A DNA stretch of 64,000 bases, from assembly GCA_030141605.1 (NCBI GenBank), contig JAQGDQ010000475.1:110159-174158 (forward strand), in the 5' to 3' direction. The notes beneath the pieces are model-generated. The model had not been told where the DNA came from, ran no database searches, and worked only from the letters and a program-made list of their open reading frames with translations. Made by a program: the position numbers and the translations under genes. Below are positions 1-11,745 of the stretch, piece by piece; position 1 is the stretch's first letter; every line of letters starts with the position of its first letter. The stretch comes from Tubiluchus corallicola. Taxonomy: Eukaryota; Animalia; Priapulida.

Positions 1-3000
1 GCGAATGGTGTGGGAAGAACAAGTGCTAGTTATCGTCATGACAACACGGTAAGGGAAACTGTGAAATTTGGGGGCGGGGCGTTGTTGATTTGGTTGTGTT
101 CCTGATGGTGAATACCATGTGCTGCCATCTGCTGAACTAATGGTGTTTATCTGCTGTTTTTTGTTCGAGGGTCAAATCCGAATGTGGCTAATTGTCCTCC
201 GCCATCACAATGTCCATTTTTATCTGCATTTGTTCAGGGATGAGAATTTTCCGTGGATACGCGGAATTCCGAGTTTTTGGAAGACTAGTAGTGCCATTTT
301 TGTAAAGCGCGTAAATTCGTTGAGAAAATTTTTACGGACCCAGTACATTATTTCACAAGCTGACCGCTAGTTGGCAGGCTGTCACTTTGTTTACATCACG
401 TACATCAGTGTAACCACATGTATATCTCTATGTATAAAAATATAGAATCAATTGTGCGGAGTTATTTGAGTCAATTGCAGACGGTTTTTATATACTTTTG
501 CATAAGAGCGGCCAGTACTTAGGCATTTTTGAGACAATTAGGTATCATGTATCCTTGATAGTTGGGTATTTTAAATTATGCATGAAACAAGGTAATTGAT
601 ATTTTAAGTCCACTTAGAGGGAGGCTCTCTATGGTCACAAAATTGCAATTTGTTGCTGGCTCCAAGGGGGCTTTGCTCTTCAACCCCATTGGGGGCTTAG
701 GCAGCCCCAAAACTCCCGGCCTGTTTCAGAGTTTTTTGCAATTTGTCATTCTCATCCCTGTTTTGTTCTGCTAATGAGCAGGGGGGGAGCATCGAACCTT
801 CTAATTCGAGCGTCTGACTTTGATTCGAACGAGTTTTTTTAGAATTCGAATTCGATTTGAACATAAAATCATAGATTCGAATAATGATAATGAATGCATC
901 GTGCAGTTAGCTTAATTTAGTTTAATGCAGCTAAATTATCAGCAGTTTTACTGCAGAACAAATTCTTTTAATGTGCATGATCTTTGTAAGACTAATTTTT
1001 GCTGGTGGTTCAAAAACTTGTTCAAAAATCTTTCAATCTCAATTCGAATTCGAAATACCGAAGTTCGGTTCGATACGAATTCGAAAGGCACGGATTCCGT
1101 TCGATTCGAATTCGCTTTCTGATGGAGAATACTAACGGGCTGTGTTAAGCATTCGGGTACATTTGATGGCACCGTCTGTTAAAATGGGAGACACTTGATA
1201 AATATTGTCGTTTTTTGACTTTCTTAATTTTCGCTACTCATCGTAATCTGTATAATTAATTTCGGTGGTATGTTATATATTTATATATATATAAGATTTG
1301 AAGCTACAGCTTCGACGGCGGCCTCATTTGCAGCGATCTATACATCAAATGAAAGGTCTCGATTTAGTGTCGTGCCATTGGGGGTTTATTTTTCGAATCG
1401 GGTCCACCGAGACGAACGGGGGAGGGAGTCGAAAAACTTCCAAAATGGCCATTTTTTGCAAAACTTATACCTCTTATTTCTTGAGAGCGGAAATGGACTG
1501 TGGGCAGTGCTGGCATCGGTTGAATGGCCCATTCAGCGGTGGGTGTAGTAGGCTTATTTAGAATTTGTGGAAGGGCCACGGCGCATTGTGACAGACGTTT
1601 TGCCGAACCCAACTCTTGATTTTTTCGAAATTTTAGCCAAGCGGCCTGTAGAAAAACGTTGTAGCGGCACCTGGTGGGACTCTCGAAAGGAGATATATAG
1701 CTCTTTAGAAAGAGGGGAGAACAGGGCTAGACGATGATGTGGCTGTATTTTAGGAGGTATCCTCCCTGAGGAGCTGTGACGGGTTGATTGGAGGTTCCAT
1801 TTCGGGCGTTTGTCCCTTGGAAAACAGCTGATGCAAAGCCATTGTTCTGACGTCATCCATTATACTCTGCCTATATTCCTTATAACTTTAATTCAGTAAA
1901 AGCTGCTACTGGTTTTGTATTATAAATGAGAACTATGTAGGATGTTCGTGTATTATTGATTATATTTGTATTTTTTGCGTGGGTTAATTATTTTTTTCTC
2001 TATCGTGTATAGCTTCTTGTTGCTGCTTTCGAATTTTTTTCGCACAGGTGTATTTGTAATTGGTTAAAATTATTGATCTTTCTTCAGGACCGTGGAGCGA
2101 GGGCGGGTAAAGTGCGGTCAGTACTGGCCGAAAGACGTGGAGGGTGCTGAACAGTATGGTGATCTCATTATTATCAACGTCAGCTGTCAGGAACACAGAG
2201 ACTACACATTCACCACTCTTTCGATACAAAACACACAGGTACTTGTTGTTGCAAAGGTTTCCCATCTTGCTTATAAACGTCAGCTGTCAGGAACATAGAG
2301 ACTATACATTCACCACTCTTTCGATACAAAACACACGGGCACTTGTTGTTGCAAAGGTTTCCCACCTTGCTTATAAACGTCAGCTGTCAGGAACACAGAG
2401 ACTATACATTCACCACTCTTTCGATACAAAACACACAGGTACTTGTTGTTGCAAAGGTTTCCCACCTTGCTTATAAACGTCAGCTGTCAGGAACATAGAG
2501 ACTACACATTCACCACTCTTTCGATATAAAACACACGGGTACTTGTTGTCGCAAAGGTTTCCCACCTTGCTTATAAACGTCAGGTGTCAGGAACACAGAG
2601 ACTATACATTCACCACTCTTTCAATACAAAACACACGGGTACTTGTTGTTGCAAAGGTTTCCCACCTTGCTTATAAACGTCAGCTGTCAGGAACATAGAG
2701 ACTATACATTCACCACTCTTTCGATACAAAACACACTGGTACTTGTTGTTGCAAAGGTTTCCCACCTTGCTTATAAACGTCAGCTGTCAGGAACATAGAG
2801 ACTATACATTCACAACTCTTTCGATACAAAACACACGGGCACTTGTTGTTGCAAAGGTTTCCCACCTTGCTCATAAACGTCAGCTGTCAGGAACATAGAG
2901 ACTATACATTCACCACTCTTTCGATACAAAACACACAGGTACTTGTTGTTGCAAAGGTTTCCCACCTTGCTTATAAACGTCAGCTGTCAGGAACATAGAG

Positions 3001-5512
3001 ACTACACATTCACCACTCTTTCGATACAAAACACACAGGTACTTGTTGTTGCAAAGGTTTCCCGCCTTGCTTATAAACGTCAGCTGTCAGGAACATAGAG
3101 ACTATACATTCACCACTCTTTCGATACAAAACACACAGGTACTTATTATCGCAAAGGTTTCCCACCTTGCTTATAAATGTCGGCTGTCAGGAACATAGAG
3201 ACTATACATTCACCACTCGTTTGATACAAAACACACAGGTACTTGTTGTTGCAAAGGTTTCCCACCTTGCTTATAAACGTCAGCTGTCAGGAACATAGAG
3301 ACTATACATTCACCACTCTTTCGATACAAAACACACGGGTACTTGTTGTTGCAAAGGTTTCCCACCTTGCTTATAAACGTCAGCTGTCAGGAACATAGAG
3401 ACTATACATTCACCACTCGTTTGATACAAAACACATAGGTACTTGTCGTCGCAAAGGTTTTCCACCTTGCTCATTTGTTTTATGAGCAGATGCGCTGGCA
3501 TAGTAGTGTCTAGTTTTTTTTACTGATTCAGTGTTGTGTTTACATGTCTTGAGGGCAGTTTTCATTCGTTTCTGAAGTCTGCCTGCCCAGTGTCTACAAT
3601 AGAGGTAATGGGCATATGATGAGGACGATGAGTTGATCAGAAATTGAAATGCAATGTCTACTGTATTATTAATGCTTTTATAAATGCATTTTTATTGCCT
3701 CTTCCAATTCGCACGTTTTCACAGATAAGCAGCTTCGAGGAAAAATTGAATTTTATACGTACTTGTTTGCACATATATTTGTTTGCACATATAAATGTTT
3801 GGAACTTTTTAGTAGTTGTTCTATGTAGTATGACTTTTGCTGGTTTACTAGCACTATGAATGGTTTTACTCGTATGCAGGTACTGTTATTAGTTTAGTAG
3901 CACTATATATGGCTCTGCTCGTGTGCAGGTAATGTTACTAGTTTACTAGCACTATTATATCTTTGCTCGTGTGCAGGCACTATTACTAGTTTACTAGTAC
4001 TTGAATGATTTTGCTCGTGTGCAGGTACTATTACTAGTTTACTAGTACTTGAATGGTTTTGCTCGTGTGCAGGTACTATTACTAGTTTACTAGTACTTGA
4101 ATGGTTTTGCTCGTGTGCAGGTACTATTACTAGTTTACTAGTACTTGAATGGTTTTGCTCGTGTGCAGGTACTATTACTAGTTTACTAGTCCTTGAATGG
4201 TTTTGCTCGTGTGCAGGTACTATTACTAGTTTACTAGTACTTGAATGGATTTGCTCGTGTGCAGGTAGTTTTTCCACCTCTTTTGGCTTATTTCGTCTCT
4301 CTTTTACAGACGGAGGAATCTAGAGAGGTGACACATTGTCAGTTCACGAGTTGGCCGGACTACGGAGTTCCACACTCCGCTGCAGCAATGCTCGATTTCC
4401 TCTTCCGTGTGCGCGAGATTCAAGCATCGCGGATGCAGTCGCTAGGCACAAAGTGGAAAGGACACGAATTGGGACCACCCATTTTGGTACATTGTAGCGC
4501 CGGCATCGGAAGAACAGGTATTTGCTGCGCTGATTGTTCGTTGTGCAAATTAGTGTGAAAAGCGTAATAAATTACCCCCAGACCGGTTTTTTGCATTTTA
4601 CCCTTTTACCATACGCATCCCAGTAAACCTTTTCTATGACTTTTTCTAAATATGTTTTGTGCACAAAATACTTTCAGTTATTTATTTTAGGCGCATTGCC
4701 TCTCCACGAAATAAAAGTGAAAATGCAATATGTCGACTTTTTAAAATTGTCGAAACTTTACTTCGCTTGTCTATACATTATACGGGCGATGTATCTGATA
4801 AAACAAAATGTCTGTTACTCAAATTACTCTACCTAAAAGAAGAAAGTAGTAGACAATAAATTCAAAATAACAATGATTTTTGCACACGCGCTAGCAAAGT
4901 CGGTTGTCTACAGTTATTCCAGCATAGATAAGGGAACGTAACTAAGTGAATTTAAATTTCGTATTACTAGTAAGTCACGTGTCTTTAAGCAGAGGTATAA
5001 TGTATCCTATGGTGGTCAGCATAACCACAAATTATGCTGTTGCTGTTTACTAATGAAACACGTTTATCAAAAGTAATTTATGAATTATGGTGGGGGTAAT
5101 TTTTTACCCCCCGGTTACCAAAATCGGATGTAAAAAATCGTGACCCTATAAGGGTTAACAGATGAAACCTGGCTAGTGTTTTTTAGAAGTTGATAGAAAA
5201 GTAAATGTAATCATCGACATTATCGGTCACTTTCTGACCATTTGGTCATTTTCAGTTTTGGTCAGCTCATCTGCTTATTTTTCAGGAACGTTCTGCACGC
5301 TGGACATCTCCTTGGCTCAGCTAGCCGACGTCGGAACGGTGAATGTGGAGTGCACGGTTCAGCGGATCCGCTCCCAGCGCGCCTACAGCATCCAGATGCC
5401 CGATCAGTACGTCTTCTGTCACCTAGCGGTCATCGAGTACGCCCTCAACGAAGGTCTTCTGGACGACGTCGACCTGACCGGCTTCGACGACAGCGACGAC
5501 GACAGCGACTGA
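1..5512 (+). CDS. PTPN9: Tyrosine-protein phosphatase non-receptor type 9 (PTP-MEG2)-like, C-terminal catalytic domain, 5'-partial; exons 1-48, 2088-2238, 4310-4517, 5286-5512
   Basis: Spliced translation RMVWEEQVLVIVMTTR|TVERGRVKCGQYWP...NTQ|TEESREVTHCQFTSWPDYGVP...PPILVHCSAGIGRTG|TFCTLDISLAQL...RSQRAYSIQMPDQYVFC...DDSD*. It has the WPD loop, the HCSAGIGRTG P-loop and the Q-loop. All introns are GT-AG with matching phases. The sequence closely follows the PTPN9 sequence as I recall it. Confidence 0.93.
235..760. mobile_element. MITE, hAT-like
   Basis: Perfect 13-bp terminal inverted repeats CAGGGATGAGAAT (235-247) / ATTCTCATCCCTG (748-760). The flanks are similar (ATTTGTT / TTTTGTT) but do not form a clean 8-bp TSD. 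Confidence 0.7.
779..1137 (+). mobile_element. TTCGAA-rich non-autonomous DNA element, copy 1
   Basis: Starts CAGGGGG and contains many TTCGA(A) motifs. Both ends align by eye with 8284-8648. Confidence 0.6.
1590..1874 (-). mobile_element. Dispersed repeat (probable non-autonomous DNA transposon), inverted relative to 6303-6572
   Basis: CAAAGCCATTGTTCTGACGTCATCCATTATACTCTGCCTATA is the exact reverse complement of 6303-6344. The block GGTGGGACTCTCGAAAGGAGATATAT is also shared. The element may extend left to ~1290. Confidence 0.7.
2176..3471 (+). repeat. 100-bp tandem array, 13 copies; unit is the last ~63 nt of a PTPN9 exon plus the 5' splice site plus ~37 nt of intron
   Basis: CAGCTGTCAG (or a one-mismatch variant) recurs at 2181, 2281, ... 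3381. The first copy lies inside the coding exon. Confidence 0.97.
3857..4267 (+). repeat. 48-bp minisatellite, ~8.5 copies, ending just upstream of the PTPN9 acceptor at 4309
   Basis: Unit TTGAATGGTTTTGCTCGTGTGCAGGTACTATTACTAGTTTACTAGTAC. Confidence 0.95.
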
Positions 5513-6302
5513 TATTTGCTCAGTCTTTTGTAGTTTTTATCCACGGTCATTCGAGGCGGTCACCGTTGGTGTCCGAGTTCGGTACCGCTGGACGTTATTA
5601 GTTAATCGAAGAGAGACAGATGAATGTCCTCCTGCCGAGACAAAGAGGCAGACATAGAGAAAATTTTGACTATTCTCGTTTGTACGTTGTTTACGAAAGT
5701 CGATGTTCTTCGTGTACAGAGAAATGGTGTACTTCTTAACTTTAATAGACACTTTTATGCACCTCCCGGTACGGAGGTGGAATTACGGACAGACATTTGT
5801 GTTGCGCTAAGATAGTATTAAGCTACTCTCCCGTTCCCACACGTGCTAATATAATCGTCTTCCGTCAACACCTGTCTAATTGCTCCATTAGTGCACCCGA
5901 GGATTTTTCCCTTAGCTCCAGCATCTCAACATTCTCTTAGCCGGAAGAGCTTGAGTCGGGTGATTACGTTGCTCGTTTGTCGAGACGATGAGCTTCCAAA
6001 AGACGCGGCAGTTCTTACAGCTCAACCTTTGCGCGATTTTTTCAGCGTCGTTCGGCGGCGGAGAGGCGGAAGCGCTTTTTTAAAATCCGTTTTAATCTCG
6101 TCAATTAGAAACTGCGGCGATGCACTCGCTGAGAAAGTTCTGCTGATGACGTTGAGTTTTTCTTGATACGGTGAATTCGGCGGTTGTGCGGATTATGCAA
6201 TCATTCATCACTAGCAAAGGCCCCGCAAAAAATTTTATGTATAAATTCACTTATAATCAAAAATATGCGAACATCAGCTTTTACTGAATTAAAGTTATAA
6301 GG

Positions 6303-6572
6303 TTATAGGCAGAGTATAATGGATGACGTCAGAACAATGGCTTTGCCAAGCGAAAATTGCCAAAAATAGAACATCCAATTAACTGCTCGCTACTCCTCTT
6401 GGTAGACGTGTAGTAAAATATAACCTACATCATCGTGCAGCCCTGTTCCTCCTCTTTCTAAAGAGCCATATATCTCCTTTCGAGAGTCCCACCGGGCGCC
6501 GCTAGAATGGTTCTTCTGCAGGCTGGTTAACCAAAATTTCGAAAAAATCGCGAGTTGGGTCCGGGAAAACGT
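6303..6572 (+). mobile_element. Dispersed repeat, inverted partner of 1590-1874
   Basis: Reverse-complement similarity to 1590-1874, read by eye. Confidence 0.7.
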
Positions 6573-7477
6573 CAGTGGAAAATCTATTACAAAATCGCTA
6601 TTAATAGCTCATGACTAACTCATGAATAGCGTGTATGTTAAAGGTAGTAATTTGGCAGATGAACAATTTATCTTCAGATTACTACACAATTTTTACTTTT
6701 CGTCGTAGGTTTGTTTTAGGGTTCATCTCTACTTACGGCCAAATCCTCTTGAATCGTGCGTGTGTCACATCCGTTTAACTGCAGTTGCCTAACTTTTTAC
6801 GAAGCCATTTGACCTCTAACGTTGCCAAACGTCCAGCATGTGGCTTCCAACGCCCAGCGTCGAGCATCGACGGGGTAGCAAACTTGGCGTCTGGCTCTCA
6901 GTTTGTGTCTGACGTCTTGCATCTTGGTCTCCAGCATCTTGGATTCGCTGGGGCATAAAAGCTTCCGCTATCCAATGTCTAAACAGTAAAACAAAATGGA
7001 CGATGACGCTAGGCGCCATACGCTCAAAAACAAAAGAAGAACTTTCGTATCCCGCTGCCATAGTCTTTAGTTTCATCGCCCCGTTGACAATACATATGTT
7101 CTTTATCACTTCAAAACACCGGACTCTACCGTATGATTGGCATTCCCGTTATTAAATTCAACCGTGAATTATTGTCATTCATTACAGTTTTTGGATGTCT
7201 CTAGCCCCCCCTTACCCCTACCACTCCCCCCCCCCCCGCCGATTCCACCTGGTGTGAGGTCAGAACTTGTGATGTCGTCGCATAATTGAGCGCAGTACCG
7301 TAATAACGACTTGAGTTGCAGCGTTTTCGTCGTCTGTTTTAGCGTAAGGTTAACTATAGTAATATATTACACGTGATATGCGAAAGAGAATTTGTATATA
7401 TAGTGATGTCGTCAGTGGTTCTAGTAATTTATTATCTAGAAGTTATTGATTTTTTGTCACACTGGAAATATGTGTAG

Positions 7478-7567
7478 GTAATAATAATAATAATAATGAT
7501 GATAATAATCATAATAATAATAACAACAACAGCTGTAATAATAATAATAACAACAACAACAACAACA

Positions 7568-7625
<58 letters not shown>

Positions 7626-7752
7626 ATAATAATAATAATAATAAACAACAACAACTACTGCTTCTGCTACTACTACTACTACTACTTCTACTACTGTTGT
7701 TGTTGTTATTATTGTTATTATTATTTTTATCATTATTATTATTATTATTATA
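7478..7752. repeat. Compound trinucleotide microsatellite (AAT/AAC/ACT/GTT/ATT)
   Basis: Read directly from the sequence. Confidence 0.95.
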
Positions 7753-8283
7753 TTAATATTAATAAGATGTACGGCGATAAAGTATTATTAGAAGTTCAGT
7801 TTTATTAAGAATATTATTAATAATAATGCATAAAATGAATGTTATTATTTATTTTCAGTAGAGCCTGCTTACATTACTAGTAGTTCTTTTGAGATCTTAT
7901 TTGCCTGTTATTTATCATTGCTTAACTGTTTTTATCCAAACAATGCAGATAATGTTGTTTTTTCTCACCTGTGCAAAGTACCAAAATAGGTATTATAGCT
8001 AGTTGATCATGTGGCTGGATGTTTTTAAAAATCTCGCAAGTTAAGCATAATTTATTAAGCAGCCCGAATGGATGGGTGGCTTTCCAGTGTTGTCTCTTCG
8101 CACAGGTATCTGCTGATATTTATGGGATATAACCGAGAATCTTCGTTCAATATGGGGTATCTTCAAAGACAACGTGGCATGTTCCGTATGAACTTTGGTG
8201 CATTTTGTCTGCGGAAATGCTCAATGCGGAATTGAGTTTACACTACTCAATACAGAAAAAGTGCAGAATCTATTGATTAGACT

Positions 8284-8648
8284 AGGGGCGAGCATGGAAC
8301 ATTCAAATTCGATTCAAACGGTTTTTTTAATTCCCATTCGATTCAAACGTAAAGTTATAGATTCCAATAGTTTAGCTGCTTGCGTCCTTTTTCACTAAAA
8401 CGTTTGAAACGTCTTACAATCGTCACGATTTGGCCGCGACTTCTCTGCACAATTGTTAAACACATTGCCAGCATTTTTGTTGCGGAACAAATTCAAGTAA
8501 TATGCAAGATCTTTGCAAGACCGCTTTTTATTCATGACTCGAAAACCTTTAAAACCGAATTAGGAATCCTGAAGTTTGGTTTGATTCGAGTTCGAAAGTG
8601 GCAAATTCGATTCGACTTCGCTTTCTTGTAGAGAATTCTCACCTCTCT
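8284..8648 (+). mobile_element. TTCGAA-rich non-autonomous DNA element, copy 2 (diverged)
   Basis: TAGGGGCGAGCATGGAACATTCAAATTCGA... and ...TTCGATTCGACTTCGCTTTCTTGTAGAGAATTCTCAC match the two ends of 779-1137. Confidence 0.6.
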
Positions 8649-8878
8649 TTCACGCTGCACAAGGACTTGGTACCAGTCATAGCTCATAGTTACTATGTTA
8701 CTAGTAGTGTTACTAAAATTTCACCTCTATTTCACACTGCAAAAGGACTTGGTTCCAGTGATGGCTCATAGTTACTATGTTACTAGTAGTGTTACTAAAA
8801 TTTCACCTCTATTTGACACTGCAAAAGGTCTTGGTTCCAGTGATGGCTCGTAGGTACTATGTTACTAGTAGTGTTACT
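8639..8878 (+). repeat. 82-bp tandem repeat, ~3 copies
   Basis: ACCTCT at 8641, 8723 and 8805. Confidence 0.9.
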
Positions 8879-9117
8879 TCAGAAAAATTTTAGCCACTGT
8901 TTTAATACTGTGTGAAACGAAACAATCTTACAACTGTAAGTTTCATCGTTGTAGTTTTTGTAATTGTAATTTTAAACAAACAAACGTACGAAATCTCGTA
9001 ATTAAAAAATTGATAAAATGCTAAACAAAAACAATTTTTTGTCTGCAAAAAGCCTAAATTGCCTCATTTCAAGAATATGCCGATGCACGGTTTTGAAGCA
9101 CGTGAAAACTGACAACA

Positions 9118-9263
9118 AACTGTGTGAGCAGTACTTTTTTTACCTAGCAGCCACACTAGCAGTGGAGCATACGGCTTGTTATCTCAGACACATGCGCATG
9201 GCCGCATGCGCACAACAGCCAAACACACCACTGTGCTGAGCAGTTAAGCAAACAGTACTACCC
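9118..9263 (-). repeat. Single dispersed copy of the element that forms the 94-bp array at 33945-34576
   Basis: The reverse complement reads ...GTGTTTGGCTGTTGTGCGCATGCGGCCATGCGCATGTGTCTGAG...CTAGGTAAAAAAAGTACTGCTCACACAGTTT. Confidence 0.75.
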
Positions 9264-9547
9264 TCATGCGCTCTAGTTCCGTAAAGAAAGAACTAAAGAA
9301 AAAAGATTTATTATAATAAATATTATCGATAATATTGAGTGAAAATAGGGGGTGCTGCTGCACTACGGTACCTATAGACGAGCCGCCACTGCTTGGTTCA
9401 TGGACATCAATCGAATCAAAAGCGAAAAATAAGAAGGAAAGTTTTTGTTTACTCTGCTTTGACAAAATTTGTGCCGTGTCACAACTGTTAATTCGAGTTT
9501 TCTCACATGGTGCCAGTGTGCGTTAGTTTGCATATGCGCATATGTTG

Positions 9548-9810
9548 GAAACTCGTTTGCATGGTAAATGCTTTCATTCTCTTCCTAAACTGGTCCTTGC
9601 ACTACTGGTTACAAAGCTTTGACGAATCACACGTGCATGTGCTGCCATCTGCAAACCGGAAACAGAGTTAATAGTCTGCTAGAAACTCGTTTGCAGGGTA
9701 AATGCTTTCATTCTCTTCCTAAACTGGCCCTTGCACTACTGGTTACAAAGCTTTGACGAATCACACATGCGTGTGCTGCCATCTGTAAACCGGAAACAGA
9801 GTTAATAGTC
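9548..9810 (+). repeat. 134-bp direct tandem duplication
   Basis: GAAACTCGTTTGCA at 9548 and 9682, near-identical units. Confidence 0.9.
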
Positions 9811-10258
9811 TTCTGCACTGCTTTTAGATCGAGCAACTAGTCTTTACTAGTAGGTTTAATTAGAGGGCTCTTTCTATTATTTCCTATATTTTATTCGTGT
9901 AGCATTGTTTGATGACGCGTACATCACACCTTTCTGTACATAAATTACTGAATATAATAATTATCATTATGTAAGGATATGTAATGTATCATCGTTATCA
10001 TTATGTAACAATAAATCCAGCCCTTTATCATGCTACGGACCCTGTTGTAAAGTTGTACGTAATTTTAAATGTTATTATTGAGTTAATGATGACTGAGTAA
10101 GATATTAGTCCAAGTTTCGGATGTTGGTTATTGTGTCTATTGTGTATCCAAGGTGTTTTATTGTCAGTACCAAAAAAGGAATTAAAAACGTGTATATTTC
10201 TTTATATGGGAATCATCCGTTTTGACGTGTTTTTTTTATCATTTGTTTAGCATTGAAA

Positions 10259-10945
10259 ACATGATTCTGTTCACCTCACTATGCCAGATTATCATCATCA
10301 TCCAACGAATCATACGTCCAGGGACATGATTCTGTTCACCTCCCTATGCCAGATCATCGTCATCATTATCATCATCATCATCGTCATCCAATGAATCACA
10401 CGTCCAGGTACATGATTCTGTTCACCTCCCTACGTCATCATCCAATGAATCACACGTCCAGGGACATGATTCTGTTCACCTCCCTATGCCAGATCATCGT
10501 CATCATTATCATCATCGTCATCCAATGAATCACACGTCCAGGTACATGATTCTGTTCACCTCCCTACGCCACATCATCATCATCATCATCCAATGAATCA
10601 CACGTCCAGGGACATGATTCTGTTCACCTCCCTATGCCAGATCATCGTCATCATTATCATCATCGTCATCCAATGAATCACACGTCCAGGTACATGATTC
10701 TGTTCACCTCCCTACGTCATCATCCAATGAATCACACGTCCAGGGACATGATTCTGTTCACCTCCCTATGCCAGATCATCATCCAATGAATCATACGTCC
10801 AGGTACATGATTCTGTTCACCTCCCTACGTCATCATCCAATGAATCACACGTCCGGGGACATGATTCTGTTCACCTCCCTATGCCAGATCATCATCCAAT
10901 GAATCATACGTCCAGGGACATGATTCTGCTCACCTCCCTATGCCA
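10259..10945 (+). repeat. Variable-length minisatellite with an internal (ATC)n, ~11 copies
   Basis: Core ACATGATTCTGTTCACCTCCCTA...CATCCAATGAATCACACGTCCAGG. Confidence 0.92.
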
Positions 10946-10974
10946 CGACTCCTTGCTTGCCGCAATGCCCCAAG

Positions 10975-11400
10975 TACATTTATTTCTAAGGATTAATGCT
11001 GAAGTGTTTAAATACTCCAGTTTCAAATCAACATGATCATTACACAAGATATTCTGTCGAAAACTATGTACTCCCCCTTCCAAAAACAAATATAATGAAA
11101 CAGTCATCAAAATATAATGCTATTAAAATATGGCCATCAATTCCGAGTGAAATGAAAACTCTTAATCTTTATCAGTTTAAAAAACAATCAAAGAATTACC
11201 TACTACAACGGTATAATTAACTCACAATTTTACTCATCATGATCTTAAGTTACTAACAAAACTTATTTTGTTCTGATGTACGCTATAACTTATGAAAATG
11301 TAATGTTAATTGTCAATCGTTTCACTTATCTGGAGGAGGACTCGAAAGCTCAATGCTCCTTCCTTCTCCTCACAGTAACTCGCATAGTTTATTTTTTTCA
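10975..11400 (+). mobile_element. LINE (L2/Crack-like) ORF2 3' fragment
   Basis: HDHYTR...LPLPKTNIMKQSSKYNAIKIWPSIPSEMK...FKKQSKNYLL matches the C-terminal pattern of L2/Crack ORF2. Confidence 0.7.
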
Positions 11401-11514
11401 ATGTCAATCAATTTATATGTATGTTTTAGTTACTGTGGAACAAATTCATAATTCATCTTTCTGTGCAAAATCTAAATTTGTTAACATTTGTCCTCCTGCA
11501 GGTTTTTTTAGCCC

Positions 11515-11745
11515 TTCAACAAGCCCAATCCATCTTAAACGCCGTCTTTTTATTTTTCTTGTCCAAGGTTCTTCTTTTATTTTTTCATATAGATCTTTGT
11601 TTGAAATTTTCTTTGGCCATCTAGTACCCAAAATGTTTCTGTAATTTCGCCTTTGAAACGCATCGATTTCAGCTTCATGATTTGCTTTTAATGTCCAGAG
11701 CTCAGAGTTGTACAGAAATTCAGTTTCAACTAATGAATTTTACAG
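11515..11745 (-). mobile_element. RTE-clade LINE reverse transcriptase C-terminal fragment
   Basis: Minus strand reads FLYNSELWTLK...IDAFQRRNYRNILGTRWPKKISNKDLY...IKRRRLRWIGLV. Confidence 0.8.

Noticed and set aside
2176-3471. Regular repeat arrays (here and at 13524, 27348, 45180) as CRISPR arrays
   Set aside because: The units repeat head to tail without unique spacers, no cas genes are present, and the context is intron-containing eukaryotic genes.
4565-5160. Possible piggyBac-like MITE (TTACCCCC motifs, AAGGG|TTAA end)
   Set aside because: Only one terminus is recognisable, which is not enough to delimit an element.
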